61,731 nucleotides of DNA, filler included, from Candidatus Babelota bacterium (GCA_017999075.1; 9 parts of 9 records of this genome joined end to end with filler, not necessarily neighbours in it), one strand, 5' to 3'. Positions 39,502 to 51,973 are shown, counted from the whole stretch's first letter. The notes: a model not told the origin generated them from the sequence alone. A program made the numbers and translations.

Positions 39502-39573
39502 AACAAAAATTTTTTTTAAATTAAAAATGTGGAAAAATATAGTATATTATAATAAGTAAGTAGTTTTATCATA

Positions 39574-40593
39574 TTACAAAAGCATTGTTTGATGTGACGG
39601 ATGCTTTATATTCATATGCGCGTAAGCCACAGGGTTTACTATCCTGCCACCCCTGGTTCTGCTTATAAACCCTATTTTTAACAAATATGGTTCTATCATA
39701 TCTACAAGTGTATCCGATTCTTCATCAAGAGTTGCAGCAATAGCTTCTATCCCGACAGGTCCTCCATTATAAAATTCTATTATAAGTTTTAAATAGGCAC
39801 GATCAAGATCGTCTAATCCCATTGAATCTACGCCTTCAAGTTCAAGGGATTTTACCGCGGTATATATATCAATTATTCCGCCATTATTTACCATTGCGTA
39901 ATCTCTCACCCTTCGCAGAAGACGATTAACTATTCTCGGAGTTCCCCTGCCTCGTTTTGCAATTTCTTCAATAGCACTTTTTTCAATTTTGTTATTAAGC
40001 AGGTTGGCTGACCGTTCAATAATCTTCATAAGTTCTTCAACAGGATAAAAATCAAGATGATGAATAAGTCCAAATCTTTCACGAAGAGGTGCAGATAGTA
40101 ATCCTGCTCTTGTAGTAGCTCCAACTAACGTAAACGGTTTTATCGGTATTTTTATTGTTTTGGCAAATGCACCTTTATCAACAACAAAATCTGTTTTAAA
40201 ATCTTCCATAGCAGGATATATAAATTCTTCAACTGCTATAGACAATCTATGAATTTCATCTATAAATAAAATATCTTTTTCTTCAAGATTAGTTAAAATA
40301 CCCATTAAATCGCCTTTTTTGTCAAGTATTGGTCCTGAAGAAGTTACAAGATTGGCCCCCATTTCATTAGATATAATATGCGCAAGAGTTGTCTTTCCTA
40401 AACCGGGAGGACCATAAAAAAGGGTGTGTTCCAATGGTTCATTCCGCATTTTAGCGGCTTGAATAGCAACCTGAAGTTTTTCCACAACTTTAAATTGACC
40501 TATATACTCCGAAATAGATTTTGGTCTTAAACTCCAGTTGAATTGTTTTTCCTGTTCGCCGGAATCGCTTGATATTATCCTTTCTACTACCAT
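39574..40593 (-). CDS. ruvB: Holliday junction branch migration ATPase
   Basis: [35 protein letters not shown]. Confidence 0.97.
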   Translation of the reverse strand: MVVERIISSDSGEQEKQFNWSLRPKSISEYIGQFKVVEKLQVAIQAAKMRNEPLEHTLFYGPPGLGKTTLAHIISNEMGANLVTSSGPILDKKGDLMGILTNLEEKDILFIDEIHRLSIAVEEFIYPAMEDFKTDFVVDKGAFAKTIKIPIKPFTLVGATTRAGLLSAPLRERFGLIHHLDFYPVEELMKIIERSANLLNNKIEKSAIEEIAKRGRGTPRIVNRLLRRVRDYAMVNNGGIIDIYTAVKSLELEGVDSMGLDDLDRAYLKLIIEFYNGGPVGIEAIAATLDEESDTLVDMIEPYLLKIGFISRTRGGRIVNPVAYAHMNIKHPSHQTMLL

Positions 40594-40596
40594 GAA

Positions 40597-41994
40597 TCAA
40601 TATGTAAAAAAAGATTTATAAGCAAGATAAACGCTGAATAAATCATACTTTGAAATAAGTTCATACGGCGAATGCATTGACATCACACCTATTCCGCAAT
40701 CCACTACATTGCATCCGTATTTTGAAATATGTTTTGCTATAGTTCCGCCGCCACCTTCGTCAACTTTAGAAAAAGATCCTATCTGCCAGCACACTTTGTC
40801 ACGTTCAAACAATCTTGCAAGTTGTGAAATAAATTCGGTATTTGCATCATTTGTAGAACTTTTTCCGCCATGACCTGTAAATTTAGTTAAAATTGCCCCA
40901 TATCCAATTTTAGAACAATTTAAAGGTTCAAAAACATCTGGAAAATTCGGGTTGATTACTGAATTAACATCTGCAGAAATAGCATTAGACTTTAAAAATA
41001 TTTTTCTATAATTAGATACTTTTAAATTACTTTCTGTAGTTTCAAGAATAAAATTTATTATGTCTTCCGCAAGTAAAGACTGCGCTCCGGTAGGCCCGTC
41101 GCTTCCAGTTTCTTCCTTATCATAAAAAATTGAAATATTTGTTTTTGAAACTTTATTCATATCAATATCAAGAATAGCTTTCAAAGAGGCGAATGAACAC
41201 GCCCGGTCGTCATGACCATATCCGGCAATAATTGATTCATCCAATCCTGAAAACCTTGGCTTTAAAGATGGAGTAAGTTGAAGTTCTGCAGTTAACAGAT
41301 CTTCTTCTATAATTCCGTATTTTTTGTTCAAAATATTAAGTGTAAACATTTTAATTTTATTTTTTTCTTTAGAATTCCTTTTATCAAAAACTGTTCCGGC
41401 AACAGCATTTAACATTTCTGCTGTTACTGCGTCCTTTATTATTTTTGGATCTTGAACCCTTTTTGATAAATGCGGAGCAATATCAGGTATTACTAAAACA
41501 GGATCATTTTCATTGTTTCCAATATTAATATTTACTGTTTTTCCTGAACGGGTAATGACAATACCTGTTAAACAAAGCGGAATGTTAAGCCATTGATATT
41601 TTTTTATTCCACCATAATAATGAGTTTTAAACATTAAAACATCTGACATTTCCGTTAACGGATTCTGTTTTAAATCTATGTGGGGAGTGTCTATATGAGA
41701 AACTATAAAATTTATCCCGTTATTAATATTTTTTTTGAGATTAACAACAACTATATTTTTATTAAAAAATTTAATATAAAATTTCTGAGGAAGTTTTTTT
41801 ATGGTTGAATATAATTCTATTTCCTGATATCCGCAGGATTTAACTATTTTTTCTATTTCAATTACAGACAACCGCTCAGTCTTTGATTTTTCTATAAAAT
41901 CCATATATTCTTTCGAAAAATTATTTATTGCTTTTTCAGAATATTTTTTATTTGTAAGAAAGAATGGTTCTGGTTGATAAAATAATTTTTTCAT
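40597..41994 (-). CDS. M18-family aminopeptidase
   Basis: SHIDTP, THYYGGIKKYQW, GHDDR, DKEETGS, SADV, MHSPYE. Confidence 0.92.
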   Translation of the reverse strand: MKKLFYQPEPFFLTNKKYSEKAINNFSKEYMDFIEKSKTERLSVIEIEKIVKSCGYQEIELYSTIKKLPQKFYIKFFNKNIVVVNLKKNINNGINFIVSHIDTPHIDLKQNPLTEMSDVLMFKTHYYGGIKKYQWLNIPLCLTGIVITRSGKTVNINIGNNENDPVLVIPDIAPHLSKRVQDPKIIKDAVTAEMLNAVAGTVFDKRNSKEKNKIKMFTLNILNKKYGIIEEDLLTAELQLTPSLKPRFSGLDESIIAGYGHDDRACSFASLKAILDIDMNKVSKTNISIFYDKEETGSDGPTGAQSLLAEDIINFILETTESNLKVSNYRKIFLKSNAISADVNSVINPNFPDVFEPLNCSKIGYGAILTKFTGHGGKSSTNDANTEFISQLARLFERDKVCWQIGSFSKVDEGGGGTIAKHISKYGCNVVDCGIGVMSMHSPYELISKYDLFSVYLAYKSFFTY

Positions 41995-42371
41995 TTTAAC
42001 AGCTTTTTAATTTTTTCGGAAAGTTTTTTCAATTCAAAAGGTTTTTTAATATAGTCGTCAGCTCCTGAATTAAAACCGAGTTCAACATCAGCTTCGCTTG
42101 TCCGCGCAGAAATAAATATTATGGGAATGTGTTGAAACTCATCACTTTTTTTTAATGCTCGGCATAAATCATAACCTGAAATCCAGTTCATCATAATGTC
42201 AAGCAATATAATATCTGCTTTTTGTATTTTCAATATTTCAAACAATTGTATACCGTTAAAAACTGTGAATACTTCATAACTTTCAGATTCCAAGTAATCT
42301 TTTAATAACTCAAGAGTATCTGAATCATCGTCAGCTATCACAATTTTTTTTTTCAATATATTTTCAGTCAT
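41991..42371 (-). CDS. Single-domain response regulator
   Basis: IADDD, LLDIMM, SA, KKPF. Confidence 0.9.
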   Translation of the reverse strand: MTENILKKKIVIADDDSDTLELLKDYLESESYEVFTVFNGIQLFEILKIQKADIILLDIMMNWISGYDLCRALKKSDEFQHIPIIFISARTSEADVELGFNSGADDYIKKPFELKKLSEKIKKLLK

Positions 42372-42446
42372 AATTTTAATTTTATAAGGACAGTTTTATT
42401 ATGATAAAATTTTATAATTACTATACTTGATTTTTAAAAAAAAATA

Positions 42447-42546
42447 NNNNNNNNNNNNNNNNNNNNNNNNNNNNNNNNNNNNNNNNNNNNTTAATTAATT
42501 AANNNNNNNNNNNNNNNNNNNNNNNNNNNNNNNNNNNNNNNNNNNN
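42447..42546. other. Artificial contig linker
   Basis: 100-bp N-TTAATTAATTAA-N. Confidence 0.98.
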
Positions 42547-45500
42547 GTTATAATCAGAATATGAAAAATTTCTGAAACGATCGGAAGACTTTATGCGCCA
42601 ATAGTAAGTTCTCTGACCTTCAAGAACACTGTCGTGCTGCTGAATCGAACTTATAAAATTAATGCTTTTAGTATCATTGTCAAAATTAGTATCAGTATCA
42701 ATCTGAAATTTATATAAAACCGAGTCAACAGGTTTTGACCAGACAAAAGATATAAACGTATCTTTAGATTCTTTTAAGTTTGACGGAGAAATTAAAATAG
42801 CAGTATCTGCAATTGTATCAATTAAAAAATATTTTATCCCTGAAAAATTTGTATCTCCTGTAGAGTCGGTTCCAACAACATACCAAAATATAGTATCTCC
42901 CTGATATGAATTATTTATAATAGGAGTATCTGGTATTAAATATGTATCATCAGTAGTTTGAGAAAAATATTTTTGAGCAAAATTTGAAGTTAAGGAATAA
43001 ACAATATAATAATTTACAGCGCTGATTGAAGATTCCCATTCAAATCTCGGAATAATATTATTAGTTTCAGTTCCGGCGGAAGGATAGATTGAATTGAAAT
43101 AATCAACGCCGCGTAAAACAATTTTATAAGTCATCGAAACATTTGTATTGCCTGCATTATCAATCACGTATACATACCAGAAATATGTATCTGACAGAAC
43201 CCGAGAAAAAACAGTGTCTGAATTTTTTGTATTGTTATAAATACCGCTGTCAATAATATTAAAACCTGAACCCGTATCAGTACCAAAATACCAAATATAA
43301 GTGTCAGCATCTGTTATGGTCCACTGAAAACTAGGCTGATGATTTATTGTATCGTAGTTGTTTGACGGATAAATTAATGATGGCGGTCTTACAAAAGTGT
43401 CTATGCATAAACACATTTGATTCGGATTACTTACTGCAGTGTTGCCTGCATTATCTTTTGAAATAATTCTCCATTGAAATACTCCACTGTCAAGGTTAAG
43501 AGAAATTGAAGATGTTGCAGCTTGAATTTCACTTGAATATTTTAGTGTAGAAAATGTATCTGAACTTAATTGAAAAATATAAGTATTAGCATCTACTGAC
43601 GCTGCCCACACAAATGTTTCATTTAAAATATTAGTATATAAATTTGCCGGAGATATTAAATTTACCGGAGAAACTCCTGTATCAACCATAATAATGCTCG
43701 ACACTGATGAATCCGAACTTTGGTTTCCGGCAGAATCTATGCAATATATTTTTATAGAATACGCTCCGGCCGCGTTTACAATAAGATTATAACTGTTTAT
43801 TGCGGATGTGCACGAATAAATATATTGGCCTGAATTATAATTGTAAAAAATTTTATAAAATCCGAAATCCGCATCAGGATTAGGAGTCCATGTAAAAGAC
43901 AAAGAAGTATCATTGTCGTAGCCTGAAGTTGCGTTGTCCGAATGAACAGGAACTGAAGGATTTGTAACGTTACCCGTATCAATAGTAACATAAATAGAAG
44001 CTCCTGATATAGAACTTGTATTTCCTGCCCAGTCAACAGCATCAATTTTTAGTGAATAATTATTTCTATATGTTCCTGTTAAACGGTAATTCGTATTTGC
44101 TGTACTATCATATAAAATAAATCCTGCTCCGGAATCAATATAAATTCTATAATATAAAATATCCGTATCATACGAAATCCATTGCCAATTAATTGTCAAA
44201 TCCGTATCATAATTTAAATTAAATACTGTATCTGAATGAGTTGGAATCCCTGGGACTGGACAATAAGAATCAGATATTATAATTGATGATTGCGCAGAAA
44301 AACCGCTCATTTTTCCTGATTTATCAATTGACTTTATTTTTGCAGAATAACGATTATGATAAATTAAATTCGTATAAGAAAAATACCTGTTCGCAGTATA
44401 TCCAACCAGACTGTCAGGAGCTGAATTAATTGACAAATATACTGCATAACTGTCAATATCATTAGCTATTGGTTGATTCCAATAAATATAAATGGAACTA
44501 TCATTATCAAATCCAGGAAATGCAGCAGGAACATCAGAATCTGCCATAATTACCGAATATGGTGCATCAGGTTCATAACTGTCCGGAATTAATTTATTTG
44601 AAGAACTATCAGTATTTCCTGAATAATCTGTAATTAAATTTGATGGGTTAATATAATACGGATAAATTATAGAAGGAGAACTCCCCAATTGTATTTTTAA
44701 AACAGTATTATAATAATCCCATTCCAAAACTGAATTCGAAGAGTCTCCGAAATCAGAGTTAAATATTGTATTTATATTAGCAGCAGTTAGAGCAGAAGTA
44801 TTTATTGATTCGCTGAAATATAATATTATAGTATCGCCATAAGTGAAACCTGTATTTGAATCATTATTAATTACTGTTATTGAATTAAGAAAAGGATTTA
44901 TTAAATCAACAGGAATACAATATGTATTTGCCATTATATTTGAATCAGCTAAATCTGTTATATTTGAAACGTAAAATGAGTCATTTATAGATTTAAATTG
45001 ATTATTCATAGTTATTCTTACCGCATTTGAATCAAGTGCAGTTATATTGGAAATATTAAGATTTGAATAATTTCCGATATCAGAGGCTTTTGTAAAATTT
45101 ACAGATTCGTTGAAAAATATATCAATCGTTTTATTCAAAGTATCGCCGGAAGAAACAGGATTTATTATTGAATATAAAATTTTCGGAGAAGAAGTATCAA
45201 TTATATTTTGAGCTGATACGGTAACATTGCCAGAACCATTTTGATCGAGTATATTTTGAGAAAAAGTTATAACCTGATTGGATACATTGATAGGATTTAC
45301 CGCATTTATTTTTATAGTACGGCTGTCAACTGCAGTTGCTGAAAATACAGTATTTCCTGTTATTGTATAATAAGACAAATTTGTAACTGTAGAGGTATCA
45401 ATCGGAACATTAAATACAGACTTTATAATTTTACAATATGAATCTTCAACTGTATCAAGATATGATATTAAGCATTGAGGTCCTGCAGTATCTTTTAAGA

Positions 45501-47276
45501 TACCGGAACTTGCTACAGATAATTCTACAGAATTTAAATCTTTTATTACGCTAGCCAACAAAACAAACTGATCATTATGTCTTACAGTAAACCCGTTTCC
45601 TAAAGAAATATTAAGGTTTCTGTTATCGATCCAAAGAGTTGAAACATTAGAACCGAAATTCCTTGCTCCTGACAGTACAAGTGCTGTGTCTGTAAAATTT
45701 GAATACACTGAATTTCCTAGTGTTGACATATCCATAGGTTCGCTGAAAAATACAGTAAAAGTATCTCCATAACTGAATTCCGAATTGTTGTCAGCATCAG
45801 TAAAAGTTACATTTATAATCATTGAAGGAACAGTATCATATAAATTTATTTCAAAAGGTTTAATATTGAAATTATTGTTGAAATCTTTAATGCCTGAAAT
45901 ATTTACTGTATCATTATTATGAAGGACTGAATTTGTTCCAAGAATAATTTTTATAAAAGAACTGTCCAAAGTAATAGAAGCTGCTCCTGTACCAAAAGAA
46001 TTAGAAGGATCACTGAATGTAATATTAGAAATATTGTAAGAGCTTGTATCTATCGGTTCACTGAATTTTAAAAGTATTGTATCGCCTGTAGAAAATGAAG
46101 TATATTGTGTATCACAGTTTTCAAAATATGATAATAATAAATATGGCGGAATGCTGTCGGTTAAAACATAATTATAAAATGAATCCGCATAATTATTATG
46201 AATATCACGGATACCCGTATATAATGAAATTATATCATTATATTTTAAAGTGAAACCTGATGTCAGTTCTATTGAAACCGTATTGCCATTAAACGTATAT
46301 GACCAGTTTATACTTGAACCGAATTGGTTTCCTGAAATGTTGTTTACAAGAAAACTGCTGTTCGGAGATGAAAATGATGAAGTTAAAACAGGTTCGCTGA
46401 AAGATAATAATATTTTGTCTCCTACGGATAAATTAGAATTTAAGGAAGTATCATAATTAAGATGTGCAACAGAAATAATTATTGGTCCTGCATTATCTAA
46501 AATATAATTTGTTTCACTGGAAATATCAGGATTTCCCGATAAATCTTTTACGAATGGAGAAGGATTTATAGTGTCTCCGTTAAATATCGAAGAACCAGAG
46601 CCTAATGATATATATAATGTCTTGTTATCGGAAGAAACTGTATAATTGAAATCCCCGTACGTATCGCCTGAAATTCCTCCATTAATAGGAAATGAATCTA
46701 TAAATGATGATTTAGACAATTCGGAAAATTTCATAGGTTCGCTGAATTTTATTATTATAGTGTCTCCATCTGATAACTGAGTATTTCCCAATGCAGTATC
46801 ATTGTTTAATGTTGTTACCGAAACTATATAAGGACTATCTATATCCGTTATTATAAAATTTGTTAATATAGTGGACTGATTATTAAAAATAGAAGTATCT
46901 TTAATATTATTGGTCAAAGCGATCCAATCGCTTCCGGCTAAAACTACCGTATTAAAAGTAATATAACATTTGTCAGTATCAACTGAATTTTGTAAATATA
47001 CTGAGTCCGGAATTCCTTTTGATGAATTAAAGTTTGAAGGAATAAGGGTATTTAAATCTATTGGTTCGCTAAAAGATACATTTATGGTTTTACCTGAAGA
47101 ATCATAGATTGTATCTAAATATGCGTTAATTATATTTAAACCAATTGTGTCATATAAAACCGCATTATATTCTGAATTTATTAATGTGTCAGCCTGATTT
47201 CCATAAACATCGCGCATATGGTTTGAAAGAGATATTCTTTCTCCATCATTAATAATTTTGTTGTAACCGATGCCGA
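42547..47276 (-). CDS. Internal fragment of a giant surface protein with Ig-like (Big_5/SbsA-type) and FN3-like repeats
   Basis: Frame open across the whole contig; repeated GDTIxxxFSEP units, then LISP..F.W..Y...D.AGN units; rich in S/T/N/D. Confidence 0.8.
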
Positions 47277-47376
47277 NNNNNNNNNNNNNNNNNNNNNNNN
47301 NNNNNNNNNNNNNNNNNNNNTTAATTAATTAANNNNNNNNNNNNNNNNNNNNNNNNNNNNNNNNNNNNNNNNNNNN
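47277..47376. other. Artificial contig linker
   Basis: 100-bp N-TTAATTAATTAA-N. Confidence 0.98.
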
Positions 47377-47866
47377 CTCCTATTAAGATCAAATCAAAAT
47401 ATCTGCTGATTGATTTATCAGTAATGGATTTTGATGTTATTGATTTTTTTGATAAATTTGTGATTATCGCATTGTTGATTTTTTCTAAAATGGTATTTTA
47501 TATTTCAATTAAATTGAAGCTTCTTGACGTGCCTCCTGGTTTTTGAATAAAATCAATAGCTCCGTTAATCAAAGCTTCTATAGTTTTTTTATGTTGTCTG
47601 TCAGCAGCAGTTAAAAGAATGATGGGTTTAGGTTTTTCTTTCATTATAATTCTGGTAGTTTCCGTTCCGTCAAGTTTAGGCATTTCAATGTCCATTAATA
47701 TAATGTCAACAGGATTGTTTTTGACAAAATAAACAGCGTCAAGACCGTTCGTAACAGTTCCGCAGATTTTTATAATAGAAATATCTGACAAGAGTCTTGT
47801 TATAGAATCCAGCATAAATTTTGAATCGTCAACTAAAAGTAAATTAATCGGTTGCATAATATACAA
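47377..47866 (-). CDS. cheB: Chemotaxis methylesterase, N-terminal part, with in-frame TAA at 47498-47500
   Basis: CheB-type REC (VDDSKFM, MDIEMPKLDG, GAIDFIQKP); the frame continues after the stop as NTILEKINNA...FDLILIG, which fits the start of the esterase domain. Confidence 0.75.
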
Positions 47867-47910
47867 TAATATTTATTTTTATTAATTATATAAAAAATTT
47901 GAATATAAAA

Positions 47911-48933
47911 TTATTTTATTAACATAGCATCGCCAAAACTGTAAAATTTATATTTGTGTTTTATAGCAGTTTGATATAAATCCATAATTTCATTATGTCC
48001 TGCGAATGCTGCAATTAACATAAGAAGAGAACTTTTCGGCAGATGAAAATTAGTTATCATAGCGTCAATAAAATTGAATTTATATCCAGGATAAATAAAA
48101 ATGTCTGTTTCTCCCGATAATTCGCTGGTTTCAGATTTATTGTTAAAAACAGTTTCAAGTACTCTCACACTTGTAGTTCCGACAGCAATAATTCTTTTAT
48201 TTTCGGATTTGTATTTTTTTAATTTAGAATACGTGTCAATATCTATTCTGAAATGTTCGGAATGCATTTTATGTTTTGTAAAATCTTCATTTTTGATGGG
48301 TTGAAAAGTCCCGGGGCCTATATGCAGAGTTATTTCGAGAACATCGCATACAATTGATTTTATTGAATCCAGCAGAGATTCTGTAAAATGCAGACCTGCA
48401 GTGTGAGCTGCTGCAGAACCTGAAATTTTTGAATAAACGGTTTGGTATCTGTTTATATCTCCTGTAAAATTTGAAATATATGGCGGCAGAGGCATTGAAC
48501 CGCAGCAGAATAAATCACTGTCAGAAACAGGAGTTCCGTCATTATAATGAAACTTTAAAATTCGTCCGGTTTCAGATATATTTTCAACTTTGCAGAATAA
48601 ATTATTATTAATTTTAAATTCCGATCCAGGTTTAAATTTTTTTCCGGGGTTAACCATGCATTCAAAAACGGATTCGGAAATTTTTTTTAAAACCAGGATT
48701 TCGAAAAGTTTCGAGTTATGATAAAAATTAAATCTTGCAGGCATAACTTTTGAGTTATTCAAAACCAGAACATCTTGTTTTGAAAGATATTCTGTAATAT
48801 TTTTGAAATGAGTATGAATTATTTTTTTTGTTGAACGGTCATATATCATTAATCTGCTGCTGTCGCGTTCAACGGCAGGATTCTGAGCAATTAAATTTTC
48901 GGGTAAATTATAATTAAAATCGGATAAATTCAT
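47911..48933 (-). CDS. queA: SAM:tRNA ribosyltransferase-isomerase
   Basis: FNYNLPENLIAQ, MPLPPYI, YQTVYS, TAGLHF, TNFHLPKS, FYSFGDAM. Confidence 0.96.
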   Translation of the reverse strand: MNLSDFNYNLPENLIAQNPAVERDSSRLMIYDRSTKKIIHTHFKNITEYLSKQDVLVLNNSKVMPARFNFYHNSKLFEILVLKKISESVFECMVNPGKKFKPGSEFKINNNLFCKVENISETGRILKFHYNDGTPVSDSDLFCCGSMPLPPYISNFTGDINRYQTVYSKISGSAAAHTAGLHFTESLLDSIKSIVCDVLEITLHIGPGTFQPIKNEDFTKHKMHSEHFRIDIDTYSKLKKYKSENKRIIAVGTTSVRVLETVFNNKSETSELSGETDIFIYPGYKFNFIDAMITNFHLPKSSLLMLIAAFAGHNEIMDLYQTAIKHKYKFYSFGDAMLIK

Positions 48934-49016
48934 ATTATTTTTTCAAAGCTGTTAATCCTGGTAAAGCAGAAAAATATTTTTGTACAGCGGATATGTTAAA
49001 CTAAAAAAAATCTTGT

Positions 49017-49523
49017 TTAATATTTTTCAAAATAAAAGATATTGAGTTTGAATACCGAAAACAGTATAAACACATAAAATGTTATAATGAAAATCGCGAT
49101 ATTGTTTATAGTAAAAATATTATCCCATATCCAATTAACAATATTTTTATAGTAAAGATCATCTGGATGAGAAGAAATAAATTTATATATGTGCGAACCG
49201 AATGTGTATGTTTTTCCTGTTTCAAGATGAAGAAGTTTAACGTCTTTTGAATTTTCTCTTCTTTCAAGACCTATAGAAGATTCGTTATAAGTCGGCTGGG
49301 CAAAGTAAAGGAAAAAATTAAATACTATAATAATTCCGATTAAAACCCAGAACCCTGTCCGTAAAATAAAATCAATACTGTCAGAATTAGTGTTAATGAG
49401 ACAACGTCTGTGTTTCGGCAAAAAATACATTATGAGCATCAGAATTATTGTTGCAGACAACAATATTAAATCTAGCGATGTATTGAAAAAAAAATCTGAT
49501 TCATTAATCCATATCTCGGGCAC
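49017..49523 (-). CDS. Hypothetical membrane protein (about 3 TM)
   Basis: Three hydrophobic segments; GTG start with GAGG upstream; co-oriented with neighbours. Confidence 0.55.
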   Translation of the reverse strand: MPEIWINESDFFFNTSLDLILLSATIILMLIMYFLPKHRRCLINTNSDSIDFILRTGFWVLIGIIIVFNFFLYFAQPTYNESSIGLERRENSKDVKLLHLETGKTYTFGSHIYKFISSHPDDLYYKNIVNWIWDNIFTINNIAIFIITFYVFILFSVFKLNIFYFEKY

Positions 49524-49543
49524 TGAACAACCTCAAAGTTATA

Positions 49544-51973
49544 TTATATTAAAAGTTTGTAATATTCGAATTCGTTTTTAACATCCTGCGGAATTTGAAT
49601 TTCCATTTTTTCGAGTTTTTTGATTTTGTTGTCTATAGCTACAAGTTTTTTCTTGTTAAGATTAACAAATTTAAAGTTTAATTTTGCAAAATTAGGATTA
49701 GCGCTTTGTTTATCTCTAATGCGTTTATTAAAAGGAACATACTGGAAAAATATGTCGCGGGTTAAAACATTAAGTTTGAACACTGCCTGAGATTCGTTTA
49801 TAATCCAATCAAGATAGTCTTCGGCATACCTGTCTTTTGTCTGAGGCAATTTTTTAAATTGTTTTTTTATTTTTTCTTTTGTTTCAGCATTTAATTCTTT
49901 GCTTTGTTTGTATGTTGAAGTGTAATCAAAATATTTTCCTGTCATTCCGCCTTCAATCGGATCTCCCCAGTTTGGTCCGACTATAGTTTTAGCAAGTTCC
50001 CATCTGAAATGAGCAAGAGCCAGAAGAAGCATTTCTTTTAAATCTGCCGTTGCAAAAAGAGGAACTACTATTCTTGCTCTGCTTGCTTTGTTGCGGTTAT
50101 CTATTTCCTGCCAGCAGATAGCTTTTGAACCTGAAACAGGCACTATAATGAAATTAGGAATAACTTCTTTTTGAACAAAATCAGCCTGGTCCCCATAAAC
50201 AAGTCTCACTTCACGGTAGAACAATGAAAAGTCTATATCAAGAATTTCTTTAAGAGTATTTTCAAGACGTTCTTTTGTAACAATGCAATTTTCCGGTTTA
50301 AGGTTTATATAATCGCTGTCAACTATGGGACTCTGCTGAGCTATAAGACCTGCAGCAGTTCTGACCTGAGCTGCTACTACTTCTTTAATTTCAAAATTCA
50401 ATAAAGCTGATGCCGGATCAGATATATTAACTTTATTTTCTTTTACATATTCATCATATGTTTGACCCAATCCATTTATACTCGGTTTTTCTTCGTTGTC
50501 ATGAATTTTAGCAAGCCATTCGTCTGCATAAAATATCGGGAAAGTATGTTTTGTCTGAAACGGAGTTGATTTGATGCAATTTATAGTTTCTTCATTCAAC
50601 AAATTTTCATCGAGTATTCCGTAACGCAGCATAAGAAACGTATAATTTGGCAAATTACCTCCTTTTTCCATGTAATGCAGAAATGCGTCTTTATAAAAAT
50701 CCCAGTAAGCTGCTTCAAGTTCTTTTTTGATTTTTCTTGCATCTCCGGCAGTATCAAACTTATCTATAAGTTTATGATATTTTTCAAGCGCTGTTCTAAG
50801 CTTGCTTTTTGTATCTTCATTGGAGCATTGCAAAGTCATCAGTTTATTAAAATTATCGTCAATAATTAAATCGCTTTGCTGAATTACAACAGCTTTTTTG
50901 GCTTCTTCTTTTTTAATTTCTACAGTTTTTTCTTCGTCTTTGATTTTAGATTCTTGTTTTAAATATTCTTTGCTTAAATCTTTTATTTTTGCATTGTACA
51001 TTTCACTGTACTGGTTGTGAAGTTCTTTTGTAAGTTTGATTAGTTTGCCAAGAGCTTTTTCAACAAATTTAATATTCGGATGGTTAGCTGATTTCAACAA
51101 AGAATAAAGTGAAAAATATGATTCAAAGATACTTTCGGATTGACCTGCCAATTTTAAAATTGCTTGTTCTGCAAGGTTGTTTGCATTGACAAAAAATCCA
51201 TTTAATTCCTGAAGGTATTCGCTTAATTTCAGACAGGAAAATTCAACTATGTTGGGACTCAATTTAATGGCAATCTTTGCGACTTTTTCAGGAAGGTATA
51301 AAATGCTTTTAACTATATCTATGATTTCAAGATTTATGTTAGGAAGATCTATATTAATTCCATAATCATGTTCCCAGACCTGGCTGAGATTTGTTTCAAT
51401 TATAGCAATAGAAAGTTTATCGGAAATTTTATTTCCGTTTGAATGAGCTTTAGAATGCAGAATTTTTCCGTCTTTATAAACAGGATTATCTTTGTTCTGA
51501 GCGTTCATATTTATTTTGTAGTACATGTAAGCAAGGTTATCGTAATACATTTGAGCCTGCTGTAGAAGTTTTATTGTGTTTTCTATGACTCCGTAAGTCG
51601 ATAAAGATTTTTGTAGCAGAGTTTTGCTTATAGATAATCCGATAACAGGATTTGAACGGAGTAAAGTTTTTAAAGGATCAGCGCCTGTAGGGATTTTTAC
51701 GACCGCACCGTTTGAAACTGCCCGTATAGTAGCGTTTCTCGGCGCATTTAATATAAAACTTATTTCTCCAAACGTGGTTTTTTTTTCTGTTATTAAGCCT
51801 ACACGTTTGCTTTGAGCAAGGATTTCAGATTTTTTCATTTCGGCATTTATTTCTTCGGCAATTAATACTTCAAGTTCTCCGTCAATTAAAATATATAAAC
51901 CATCGCTTGCGTCGCCTTGATAACAAATGACATCGTCTTTTGAAAAATTAATTTTTTCCATAAATTTAACCAT
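49544..51973 (-). CDS. Cyclic-nucleotide-binding domain protein with large uncharacterised C-terminal region
   Basis: QGDASDGLYILIDGEL, FGEISFILNAPRNATIRA; no Crp HTH; ~680 further residues. Confidence 0.85.
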   Translation of the reverse strand: MVKFMEKINFSKDDVICYQGDASDGLYILIDGELEVLIAEEINAEMKKSEILAQSKRVGLITEKKTTFGEISFILNAPRNATIRAVSNGAVVKIPTGADPLKTLLRSNPVIGLSISKTLLQKSLSTYGVIENTIKLLQQAQMYYDNLAYMYYKINMNAQNKDNPVYKDGKILHSKAHSNGNKISDKLSIAIIETNLSQVWEHDYGINIDLPNINLEIIDIVKSILYLPEKVAKIAIKLSPNIVEFSCLKLSEYLQELNGFFVNANNLAEQAILKLAGQSESIFESYFSLYSLLKSANHPNIKFVEKALGKLIKLTKELHNQYSEMYNAKIKDLSKEYLKQESKIKDEEKTVEIKKEEAKKAVVIQQSDLIIDDNFNKLMTLQCSNEDTKSKLRTALEKYHKLIDKFDTAGDARKIKKELEAAYWDFYKDAFLHYMEKGGNLPNYTFLMLRYGILDENLLNEETINCIKSTPFQTKHTFPIFYADEWLAKIHDNEEKPSINGLGQTYDEYVKENKVNISDPASALLNFEIKEVVAAQVRTAAGLIAQQSPIVDSDYINLKPENCIVTKERLENTLKEILDIDFSLFYREVRLVYGDQADFVQKEVIPNFIIVPVSGSKAICWQEIDNRNKASRARIVVPLFATADLKEMLLLALAHFRWELAKTIVGPNWGDPIEGGMTGKYFDYTSTYKQSKELNAETKEKIKKQFKKLPQTKDRYAEDYLDWIINESQAVFKLNVLTRDIFFQYVPFNKRIRDKQSANPNFAKLNFKFVNLNKKKLVAIDNKIKKLEKMEIQIPQDVKNEFEYYKLLI

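Noticed and set aside
42499..42546. ORF-track ends inside N runs (also 9594-9649)
   Set aside because: The stops come from the linker; the true genes are truncated.
47377..47866. cheB as part of the 19-37 kb chemosensory cluster
   Set aside because: It is on a different contig; adjacency in the window is artificial.
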